Positions 22,590 to 34,140 of a stretch of DNA of 64,000 bases are shown here, one piece after another; within the stretch, counting starts at the first letter, position 1; the number at the start of each line of letters is the position of its first letter. This DNA is from Lama guanicoe (Eukaryota). The translations under genes were made by a program, and so were the position numbers. The notes beneath the pieces are model-generated. The model was not told where the DNA came from, made no database searches, and saw only the letters and a list, made by a program, of their open reading frames with translations. The stretch covers positions 334,879-398,878 of the forward strand of contig MU054204.1 of assembly GCA_013239625.1 (NCBI GenBank). Reading direction: 5' to 3'.

Positions 22590-24400
22590 GGAAACTTAGG
22601 GGTAAAAGAAGCCTTACACAAAAGAGTGCATACTCTACTGTTCCCTTTTATAATGGTCTTAAGTAATTATTCTATGGGAAAAAAAATCAGAACAGTAGTT
22701 GCCTGTGGAAGGGTAGCATGGAGATTGGGAAGGGACATGAGGGAACTTTGTTGGGTGTTTATATTGTTCTCTATATATATTTTATTGACGTATAATCAAT
22801 TTACAAATTTGTGTTAGAACAGAATCACAGACATAGAAAACAAACTTATGATTACCAGGGGGAAGTGGGGGGAGGAATAAATTGGTGGTTTGGGACTTGC
22901 AGATCCTAGCTATTATATATAAAATAGATACTGTTCTCTATCTTGACAAGAGTCTGAGCTACACAGGTATATACATTTGCCAAAACTCAACAAATGTATA
23001 CTTAATATTTGCTCACCTCACTGGAAGCAAAGTTTGCCTAAAAATATTGTAAAATAATATCAAACTTTATTTAATGATATGCTTGCTTAATTTTTTGAAG
23101 TTTATTGATCTATACAACTTATTTTATAGGTTTTAGCATATAGATATTGCACACATTTTGTTATATTTACCCCTAAGATTTCATGTTTTTGATGCTATTG
23201 TAAATAGCATTGTTTTCATAAGGTCAAGTTAAAATTCTTTACTATTATGTTATAATATAATAGTAAAATTATAAATTCTTTACTATTATATTATAATAGT
23301 AATATTATATATTATTGTTATATAGAAATGCAGTTTAATTTGGTGTATTGGCCTTGTATCCCGCAACCTTGCCAAACTCACTGTTCTTGGTAGATTTTAA
23401 AAGATTGTTTACATAGACAATCATGTCATCTGCAAATAGAAGTAATTTTGTCTTCCCTTCCACTATGTATGCCTTTTCTAGGAGAGGGGGGCCCTATTTC
23501 ACCATCTAAGATATCCTATACAGTATTTAGTAGAAGTGGTAAGAGCAGATGTTATTGCTTTGTTCCCAATTTTTCACTGTTAACTTTGATGTTAGCTATA
23601 GATTTTTTGTAGATGCCTTATGTAACAGGTTGAGGAAATTCCCTTTTATTCCTAGTTTGTTGGGAGAGCTTTTATCAAGTGGATGTTTGATTTTTTTCAA
23701 ATGCTTTTTCTGTATCTATTGAGATGGTCATATAGTTTTTCTCTTTTAGTCTATTGATACGATAAATTACATTGATTGATTTTTGAAACAAGAACCAGCC
23801 TAGCATTGCCAGAATAAATCCCACATGGTCATGGCATCTTAGCCTTTTTATATGTTATCAGATTTGATTTGCTAACATTTGGTTTAGGCTTTTTGTCTAT
23901 GTATATCAGGGATTTTAGTCTGTAGTTTTTTCATGCTGTCCATGTCTAGTTTTCAAATCAACATGCTAGCCTTACCAAGTGAGTTGGGAAATATTCTCTT
24001 CTCTTCTGTTTTCGGGAAGAGTCACTGAAGCCATCTGGGCCTAGAGTTTTCTTTGTGGAAAGATTTTTAACTACAAATTCAATTTCATTAATAGAATATA
24101 GGGTGATTTGGGTTATATGTTTCTTCTTGAATGAGCTTTGGTAGTTTGTCTTTCAAGGAATTTGTCCATTTCATTTCAATTTTCAAATGTATGGGAACAA
24201 AGTTGTACTTTGAAATGCATCAAGAATTTAAGATGAATTTGTGGATGGATAGAGGAGTGAATAGATATGTGATAAGGCACACATAGTAAAATGCTAATTG
24301 TAGAATCTATACAGTGGTGGATACATGGGTGTTCATTGAATACTTATTCAACTTTTCTGTATGTTTGAAAATATTGATAATAAAATATAAGGGGGAAAAG
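22590..24400 (+). mobile_element. Old L1MC-like 3' end with two nested insertions: a twin-primed young L1 (22775-22930) and an antisense L1 ORF2 fragment (~23125-24205)
   Basis: Host sequence tactttgaaatgcatcaa...gatatgtgataag...tgtttgaaaatattgataataaaa resumes after the antisense ORF2 piece, which includes gacaatcatgtcatctgcaaata (antisense of the RT FADD motif). Confidence 0.75.
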
Positions 24401-24676
24401 GAGAGGAACTGTAAAATTATGGTTTAAGGCCATTACCTGGGTTTGAATTCCTAAGCATTCTCTTTTTAAAAAATGGGGCTAATAACAGTACTTCATAAGT
24501 TGTCCAGGTCTCCAAGTACTGTCTTTGTCTCTGCCTGCCCTCAGCAGCCCAGGGGCCTCCTGACAGAAAGGCAGACCTCTAGGTACATAGTCCTCTAGCC
24601 TGTATGGAATAGTAGAAGGAACCAGTGTGTGTGTGGCAGGGAGCTGGCCTGGGACGGGCTCCTGACCTCTTCACAT

Positions 24677-24771
24677 TTTTTTAAATGGAGGTACTGGGGA
24701 TTGAACCCAGGACCTTGTGCATGCTAAGCATGTGCTCTACCACTGAGCGATACCCTTCCTCCCCTACCCCC
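24677..24771 (-). mobile_element. tRNA-Ala-derived SINE ~80 nt upstream of exon 5
   Basis: TSD gacctcttcaca at 24665-24676 and 24772-24783. Confidence 0.9.
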
Positions 24772-24849
24772 GACCTCTTCACACTTTTGAATCCATCTAG
24801 ATACCTGGCTGTTCAGAGCTCCCTAACTTATCAGAATTTTTCTTTGCAG

Positions 24850-24911
24850 GAATTTCCTGGGGACAAATGGAAACCAATAACAGGAAACAGGAAGACTGGC
24901 CAGTCAGGGAG
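24850..24911 (+). CDS. SHROOM4: SHROOM4 small exon (exon 5 equivalent), 62 nt
   Basis: Acceptor ttttctttgcAG|GAA and donor GGAG|GTAAGT. Encodes EFPGDKWKPITGNRKTGQSG(R). Phase 0 in and phase 2 out match the neighbouring exons. Confidence 0.93.
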
Positions 24912-27177
24912 GTAAGTGACCGGTCAGGGAGTCAGGGGGAGTTAGTACCTCTGAGGCCTCTATGGTTTATTGATAAGATTTTCTATTTGCTCCGTTTCCT
25001 TTGAGGTACCTGGTCTGGTGTCCATACCAAGGACTTGATGCCATAGATGTAATCCAGCCTGCCCCCCAACCCTGGCAGCTGAGCTATTGACCAGACTGAT
25101 CGCTAGCACATTTTGGAATATGTAGTAGTCAGGAGTATTGTGGGACATGGTGCCATCAGCTCAGAGGCCTGAGGCAGGGACCAGCCCATGCTGAAACATA
25201 GATGGGAAGGCATAAACTCTGCTAGTCTTCCCAGCAGACACTGGGCGGTCCAGTGAGGAGGTAAGACTGTCCAGCTACTGCTGTGCCTTTGCCTCAGAGT
25301 GTTTCTTGGATTCTATCACCTTTCTTTTTTATAGGGCTTGTTAAGTACTTAAGGTCTGCTCATTAAAAGTCCAGGAGCAGATCATGCTAACAATAGGTTA
25401 AAATTCCTGAAAGAAGGCAGTGACATTTTACAAATGGTATATATGGTTTGGACTAAAAAGGAAACAGTTGCTTGGTTGGAACCCTTAAGGAAAAAAAGTG
25501 GCCAGAGTGGAGAATGCTCCTGTCATGTGAGGAGCATGGCACCTGGTACTCATGCTCCAAAGAGATGAGCCCATCTGCCATAGGTGACCATGAGGAGGAG
25601 ACAGTTACCTTCTCTACATTGCTCTCCATCTGCTTAGTAGGACCTTCTCTTTTTGAAATTTCTTGATATGCTCTTTCAGCCAGTTCTTCTCCAGGACCAA
25701 TTGTATAAGAGGCCCTTAAATTATATTGAATCTTTAACTCTAAGTCCAGGAATGAAGGAGGGACAGGGAAGATGGCTCTTAGCTGTGCCTCTGGGCATGA
25801 GATCACGTAGGGAGAGGACTAGAATCTGGGTCTCCTGACCTCTGAAGAGCCCAGGGTTCTTTCTGGGGGGTCTACATTATCCCCTGTGGTTTGGTGATGT
25901 AGTCAGGAAGAATTTGGGCTTTCTTTTGACTCCAAAGTCTGGGAAACCTATCAGTTTTCCGGTTGGCAATGGAAAGAGAGGAACCCCACATTTATCGATC
26001 ATCTACTAAGGGTCAGTCACTGGGTTTGGATCTTTTTATACCTGTAATCTCATTTATTCTCCACGATAGTTCATTTTACTACCTAGTTTATAGATGAGAG
26101 CCAGAGAGGTTCTATAACTTAGCTGAGCTCACACAGCTCAAAAGTGATGGAGCCAGGATTCAGACCTAGGTTTGTCTGGCCCCAAAGTTCATGCTTTTTC
26201 CATTATAACTGCTTCCATTAGGATCCCTAAAGAAACCCTTCAAATGGGTCCCTTAGCACATCTCAGGAATATAAGGCCTGGATGAGGATACTACGGGATT
26301 CTATGGCTGGGCTTGATTCCCCACTGTGGGCTGACTTGTACCATGTTCGTGGAGAAAGCATTTCGGTCTAGTGGGTCTGCTGAGTTTCCCCTATTAGACT
26401 GAGGCCATTGAGAAAGGAGAACCCACCACAGTCATGGATGTACTCTCTGTGCCTAGCACAGTGCCTGACACAGAAGTTGCTCAAGAAATTTTTGTCATTT
26501 GCTTGCCAAATGCAGAAACAGAGTCTCCTCTGCCATTGAATGGGTGACATGACACACAAATAATAATGCTAACATTTCTTGAGGACAGTAGTCTATTTTA
26601 TTCCATTCAAAGCATTTTCCAGATATGTATTTCTCATCATAACCTTATGGGGTAGGTACTATTGGTCTCTCCATTTGACCGAGAGAAGGAACTGAAGCAC
26701 AGAGAGATCTATTCATTTGCCCAAAGTCCCACAGCTAGGAAGTTGACTAGACCCAGTCAGTCGAGCTTCAGAGACACTGTTCTGAACTACATTGCTTCTC
26801 CAAAATGGTTCTCCTACCCATCAGCCAGTCAAGTAAGAGGACTTAATTCAAAACCTAGTGTGTGTACAGCCTGTTTCTAGGCAAACAGGGAAATATGAGA
26901 GATAGTATCAGGAAGCATAATGCCTGCCCATCCACAGCTTGGAGCAAGAACGACTAACCCACACAGAGTTAAGCAGCAGTAGTAATAAATTACAATTTAT
27001 TATAACAAATTACCACTAGCAAAACAACCTATGTGCCACTAGCTAAGTTACATATATTATGTTTTATCTTCCCTGAAACTCTGTCAGGTAGGCATTATTT
27101 TAACTAGGACAGTGATTCCCAAAGTTGAGTGTGCATTAGAAATACCTGGAAGGCTTGTTAAAAAATAACCCAGATAT

Positions 27178-27276
27178 GGGGGGAAGGGAACTAGCTCAGT
27201 GGTAGAGCACATGCTTAGCATGCACGAGGTCCTGGGTTCAATCCCCAGTACCTCAATTTAAAAATTAAAAAAAAAT
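27178..27276 (+). mobile_element. tRNA-Ala-derived SINE inside a MER5-type element
   Basis: tagctcagtggtagagcacatgcttagcatgcacgaggtcctgggttcaatccccagtacctc plus A tail. Confidence 0.9.
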
Positions 27277-29161
27277 CCAAGTGGATAGTCGATCCCAAGG
27301 CACCCACCCTTCCTTGGAGTGTGATTCAGTAGGTGTGGCGTGGGGCTCAAAATTAGCATTTCTAACAAGCTCCCCAGGTGATGCTCATGCAGCTGGTCCT
27401 GGGATCACACTTGGAGAACCATTGACTCCAATAAAGAATCCCAGGTTCAGGAGACCTAAGTAACTTACTTAAAGACTCCTAGCTACTAAAGGGACAAGCC
27501 AGGTTTTAAACTCAGGGGAGTTGCTATAAGATGAAAAATGTCAAATAAAGGGTTTAAACTAGCAAAGTTCTGGTGCATGGTAAGCGGCCAATACATGATA
27601 AGTATTATTGTGCCCTATTGAAGTTCATTGGAGAGCAAGAAAACTAAAGGCTGGGGCCAGCAGGAGGGAAGGCCTGGAAGGGAGATTAAGCAGGGTGTGT
27701 TGGTAGAATAAACACTGCTGGTGGTTAAGAGTTCCAACCTTGAAGTCTGTCTGCCTGGGTTCAAATCCAGGTTCTTCTGTCCTCCAGCAATGTGAACTTA
27801 GCATGTGGCTTGCTCTGCACCCAGCTCCTGCCCCTCCCTTTCACTCCACCCCATCAATTTCCTTATTTGTAAAATGGGGTAAGAGTACCTACCTCCTATG
27901 GACTGTTGTGGGGATTAAATGAGTTAATCTATGTAAAGCATTTCAGACAAAATCTGGCACCATAAACCCTCATAAATGTTAATTGTAATAAGGAGGAGGA
28001 GCAAAAGGAAGAGGAAAAAAGGGAAGAGGAACAGCAGAAGCAATGGTAACAGTAAAAAAATAAAGGGTAAATAGTGAAGTGTTGCACCAGTATAGTTAGG
28101 CCTTCAAAACGAGATGGGATGGCAAATATGAAAGCAATTGAAGGTTATTGATCAGGTAAGTGACATGGTAAAATTGGCACTTAAGGCAATTTGATAGCTT
28201 TGCAGCCTAGATGGGTTGAAAGGAGACCAATTAGGGGCAGTGATTCAAGCATGAAAGAGTGCGGCCCTGGATTGGGAAAGGGTGGGGCACATACAATAGG
28301 AATGAAGCAGAAGGGATAGATAAATATGTGTGATATTTAGGGGGGAAAGTGTTTATTCTGAAAACAATATTACAGGAAATTAAAAACAGAAGAAAAAGTA
28401 TCCTTATTCTGACCACTCTGACCCCCTGATTGTTTTCATTTCCCTGCCAGCTTTTATCTCAAGGCATAGAGATTTGGAGGGTCATGATTATAATAACTAC
28501 GTAAATGTGATTTTTTTGTGTCCTGCTTTTTTCCTCACTAAGCATTACTTGGTAAACAATTTTTCATGTTGCTATAAAGGCTTCCTCAATAGTTATAAAT
28601 TTTAATGGGTGCATAATATTTCACCAGCTTAATGCACTCTAATTTGCTAATCATTCCCAAATTGGTGGATAATTAGGTTGTTTCCAATGCCTTGCTGTTA
28701 TAAAGTAATGCCACTGAAAAATTTTGAGCAGCTATAACCTTTCTCTCATTTTGAATTATCTCATTAAAAACAATTATCCAGAGTTGGGATTACTCGTTGA
28801 AAGAAAATGAAAATTCTTATTATTCTCAAAAGATTTCACCAAACTGCCTTACCCAGAGGCATTTTACTCTGCTGTTAGTGATGTATAAGGATACTCATTT
28901 CCCCCAAATTTGCCATCATGGAAAAAATTTCTTTTTCTAATGTAATAGGTGTAAATGGAACCCATTATCATTTTAATATGCTTACTTTGATTATTCTAGT
29001 TTGAACACTTTCCGTGTATTTATTTCATATTTGTCCTCCTCATGTGAATTGTTGGTTCAGATGATTTGCTCACAATTATGGGACAACTCTGGAGAGAAAA
29101 GTAGAGAGAACTCTGTGATTGGAACTTGGGAAAGAAAGGAGATAAGTCAAAAATAATTCTG

Positions 29162-29295
29162 GGGGAGGGTATAGCTCAGTGGTAGAGTACGTGCTTGGCA
29201 TGCACGAGGTCCTGGGTTTAATCCTCAGACCTCCATTAAAATACATAAATAAGTAATTTTTTAAGCCTAATTACTCCCCACCCCCAAATTTTTTT
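29162..29295 (+). mobile_element. tRNA-Ala-derived SINE
   Basis: TSD aaataattctg at 29151-29161 and 29296-29306. Confidence 0.9.
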
Positions 29296-29699
29296 AAATA
29301 ATTCTGAGCCCCAGTGACTTGGAGAAAGTTATTGACATAGTGGGGACAGGTGAGGAGGGGACCTGGTTTGGTGGAGATGATAAATTTGAGGTGGGATATG
29401 TTGAATTTGCAGTTAGTGAAAGAGACAAGGGGAAGCTTTTGAAGAGGCTTATCGATCACCCAGCCAGCGGGGGTAGGATGAGGAAGAAGAACTAGCAAAG
29501 GCAATTGAAGGGGTAAGCAGCTGGAGTGGTCAGGAGGAGAAGGATGCCAGTGCACCATCACAGAAGATAAGTAGAGGACTGATACTAGCTTTGACAGTTT
29601 GGACTCACAAGTTACCTTCAAGAAAGCAAACTTAGTAAAGTGGTGGGCATGGAAAGTAGATGGCATGATGGTCTATAAAGAGGATGTATAGGGAAGAAA

Positions 29700-30340
29700 T
29701 GCACACAGCTTAACACATCCTAAATTCACCTGTTTTAAATGCAGTTTCATGAGTTTTGGTCAATTTACATGCTATGCAATCATCACCATGATCCAATTTT
29801 AGAACATGTCCATTCCCCTACGAAGATCCCTTTTGGCCATTTGCAGTCACTCTATTCCCACCCTCAACCTCAAGCAACCACTAATCTACTTTCTGTCTCT
29901 AGGAGTTTGCTTATTCTGTACATTTTATATAAATAGAATCATACAGTATGTGGGCTTGGCTTTTTCGTGTCTGACTTCTTTCACTTAGCAGGCTTTAGCA
30001 GTTCCTCTGTGTTGTAGCATGTATCAATATTTCATTCCCTTTTTTAAGCCAAATAATACTCCATTGTATGGACATAGCATATCTTTATTTATTCATTCAT
30101 CCATTAATGGACATTTGGGTTGTTTCCACTTTTTAGCTACTGTGAATAATGTTGCTGTGATCGGACATGTACAAATTTCTATGTGGACATATTTTTTAAT
30201 TCTCTTGGGTATATATTTAAGCATGGAATTTCTGGGCTGTATGGTAAATCTGTTAACTTTTTGAGGAACTGCCCATTTTCCAAAGTAGCTGTACCATTGT
30301 ACATTTCCACCAGCAAAGTAGGAGGCTATCAGTTTCTTTT
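29700..30340 (-). mobile_element. Old L1MB-like 3' fragment
   Basis: caaccactaatctactttctgtctct...ggacatttgggttgtttccactttttagctactgtgaataatg, antisense to 59650-60230. Confidence 0.8.
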
Positions 30341-30416
30341 TATTAATTTTAATGCAATGGTTATGTGTTACTGTGTGATTTGGAAAATCATTTAAATGAA
30401 GAATGCGTCAAAAGAC

Positions 30417-31106
30417 TGTGGAAAACAGTATGGAGATTCCTCAAAAGACTAGGAATAGACTTCCCATATGACCCAGGAATCCCACTCCTGGGCATATATC
30501 CAGAAGGAATCCTAGTTCAAAAAGACACCTGCACCCCAAAGTTCATAGCAGCACTATTTACAATGGCCAAGACATGAAAACAGCCTAAATGTCTGTCGAC
30601 AGATGACTGGATAAAGAAGAAGTGGTATATTTATGTAATGGAATACTATTCAGCCATAAAAAAGAATAAAATAATGCCATTTGCAGCAACATGGATGTTC
30701 CTGGAGAATGTCATTCTAAGTGAAGTAAGACAGAAAGAGAAAGAAAAATACCATATGAGATCGCTCATATGTGGAATCTAAAAAAGAAAAAACGAACATA
30801 AATACAAAACAGAACCAGACTCATAGACATAGAATACAAACTTGTGGTTGCCAAGGGGGAGTGGGGTGGGGAGAAACAGACTGGGAGTTCAAAATTTGTA
30901 GATACTGACAGGCATATGTAGAATAGATAAACAAGATTATACTGTATAGCACAGGGAAATATATACAAGAGCTTGTGGTAGCTCACAGCAAAGAAAATGT
31001 GACAATTAATATATGTATGTTCATGTATAACTGAAAAATTGTGCTCTACACTGGAATTTTACACAACATTGTAAAATGTAAGTCAATTAAAAACAGTTTT
31101 AAAAAA
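30417..31106 (+). mobile_element. 5'-truncated young L1 (ORF2 C-terminus plus 3' UTR)
   Basis: WKTVWRFLKRLGIDFPYDPGIPLLGIYP...KT*KQPKC...MEYYSAIKKNKIMPFAATW...SLICGI*, with one internal stop. Flanking aaaagac repeat. Confidence 0.92.
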
Positions 31107-32649
31107 GACATTTATACATTTAAACATGTTTAAAAACAATTTGGCTAAGAAAAGGAAGGAGAGACATGGGGTGGTGTTTGGAGGGGGAATCGGATTTAAG
31201 TTAGTGGTTCTTAAAACACGGTCCTAGGACCAGCAACCTCAGTATCACCTAAGAACCAAGGTAGAAATGCAAATTATTATGCACCCAGACCTACTGAATC
31301 AGAAACCGGGATGTGGCCCAGAGATCTGTGTTCTAACAAGCCCACTAGGCAATTATGATGCAAGCTAAATATATGAGAACCACTGGTTTAAGTGAAGGTT
31401 TGATCAGGATTTGGGAAACGGGTTTAAGTTTAAAAACAGAAAGGAGAGGTCAATGGAAAGGGAAAGGATATTGATGCTAAATATAAAGGAGGCCAATCAC
31501 AGCTTACAATCTAAAGGAAGATGAGAAGGCCTACTAGGAAAGGTCAAGGGCAGAGATGACATTTAAAGAGGAGAAATCCTGATGGAGTTTCCGCTCACCC
31601 TTCCCCCTCCACACACACATTTTTAACATTTCTTATGTCGTTTCTGTCACAACTGGAATGACGTGCGTAGGTGGGAAAATCAAATGTATATTCTTGAGCC
31701 ACTCTCTGCCTGGAAACCCACAAGGAATTTTAATTCTAGGTAGTTACACTCTTGGTTGTCTCCCTCCACTGTTATTTGGTTTGTGTGCAGAGAATGCAAA
31801 TGCATTTTAATATTAGCGGGAGGGAAAAAACTTGGTGAGTAGATCTGCTGAGAGAAAAAGCCACCTAAGTGTGAAGTATTTAAAAGCCAAAAGAAATTCT
31901 TTTCTGGATTATCTCTTGGTTTTCTGTCCTTGTGATTGCCTCCTATGATCCTTTCCAATTTTCTACCTTTCACAGACCTTTAGAATGTGTAGGGTGTTTT
32001 TATATACATGGCCTCAGTTAATCCTCACAACAACCCTGTGCAGTTCAGCCATACTTTTGCCATTTGACTGATAAGGAAGCTGAGACTCAGGAAAGGTATT
32101 ACTATACTATTATTAATAACAACCACAACCAAAGGTAGAATAGACACATTTATTGTTTATTGTGTGTCAGGCACTGCTATAAGCATTTCACATAAATTCT
32201 TTTATTTATTACTAATCATGACCCCATGAGATAGTTGCCATTGATTGACCCAATTTTACAGATGAGGAAACTTACAGAGAGATGAAAGTCACTTGGCCCA
32301 AGGTCAAACAGGCATCTGACTCCAGAGCCCATTACTTCTGGGGTCATACAGCAAGGACGTGACAAAACTAGACTACTATCCAGGTTCTTCAGTTGTCAGC
32401 CTAGGGTTCTCGCCCTTCTCTTGATCATACCCCATTATAAGCAGAATATGGACTATCTGTACAGATTTCCTACTTGCCAACTGAGTGAAAGAAAATGGAT
32501 AATTCCCAGTCGAATCTCACTTCCCTAGGAAGAGTATACTTTTCAGGAAGGCTTTACCAGCTCAGAAGAACACAATCTTCAGAGGCACTGAAGGATTTGT
32601 CAAAGAGCGCGACAAAGCTAATTTAAATACTTGGGTATTAATTTAATCC

Positions 32650-34140
32650 TGGGCACATAGAACTTATTCAAGGAATATTGTAAAACTCTAATGGGAAAAA
32701 TAAAGACATGAATAAATGCACAGATATACTCTGCTTCAATTTGGGAAGACTAAATACAGTAATGATTACAATACTCCCTAAGTTAATAATATATATATGT
32801 AATGCACTACTGATTAGAGTCATTGTGGGATACTTTATGGAATGTGTCAAATTCATAGTGAAATTTATCTGGAAGAATAAGAGGGCAAGAATACCAAAGC
32901 ATACATTTATTTTAAAAGGTAATGATGGTAGACTTACCCTATCAGATTTTAAAGTCTGTCATAAAGTGACAGTGATTAAAACCATATGATAGTGGGTTGA
33001 AAAAAGTCAAACAGTGAAATTAAATTTAAAAAAAGACAGATTCTAGGAACAGATTCTAAGAATACAGAGCACACTGGAAGCAACCATGAACTGGGAAAGC
33101 AATCATCTCTCTTCAATAAATGTTGAGAACTTTAGGTATCAATATTGAGAGTAATTAGCTTAGAGCCACAGCACATACAATATTCTGTAGTAAATTTCAG
33201 AAAGCAGATCAGTGGAATAGCATATTCATTCCAGCTATGGATGGAAGATAAATTTGTGTCTGTTAAATGGAGACAAGATGGATGGTTTCAAATATATAAA
33301 ACTTGGCAGAGTAGGGGGAACCTTTGCAAAACAAAATGTAATAAAAAAGCTAAACAACAGAATGAGGGGAAATGTCTTGGGTCAGCATCACAGATAACAG
33401 TAATTGACTGTCCAAAAAAATATAACAAATGGATACAGCTAGAGAAGGTCAGCTTTCAGATTCAGCTTCATAAAAGGGCAAGGAAAATGAACAGGCAATT
33501 TACACATGAGTAAATAAAGGCAGTAGAATCACTGCATGGAAAAGTCCAACCTCTCTACCAATTGAAGAAGGGCAAAGAAAAACAGCTTCAAGTTATCCCA
33601 GTCTGCTTATTATATTATCAATTAATGGAAATTATAAATAGAAATGACAAAACCCTATCTTGACAAGACTCAAGGAAACACTATATGTTTCTGGGAGCAG
33701 TCTTAAATTGGTAGAGCTTTCCTAAAAGACAATCTAGAAATCTGTGACAAGAGTTACAAAACTGTTTGGACATGTGCTTTGACCCCGCATACCCCCAAGG
33801 AAATTGACCTAAAAAGAAAAAAAAAGAATTTGTTTAAAGATATTTGTAGTAGTGCTATTTATAATCATGGAAAAGATTTGCCAATCTCATATATCATCCT
33901 GATGGAATAGAATCTAGCCATTAACAGTGACAGGTATACAAATACTGGCTCTGGCACAGAAATGGGTATTTGTAATAATATTAACAAAAAAGGCTAAATT
34001 CTAAATCTCACATTGATCATAGCCATATACAAAGAAAATTCAGAAAGGCATCTGGTAAAATGTAGATAGCTGGAGTTAAATGGACATGGTGTTCTTTGGG
34101 TGCTTGTCAAGTTGTTGGAATTTATAATAAAGAAAGTCTG
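32650..34140 (+). mobile_element. Very old L1ME-like ORF2/3' fragment
   Basis: Degenerate ORF2-like peptide ...GRLNTVMITILPKLI...KFIWKNKRARI...LTLSDFK. Confidence 0.65.

Noticed and set aside
30417..31106. Active L1 element
   Set aside because: Only ~0.7 kb, 5'-truncated, with an in-frame stop in ORF2.
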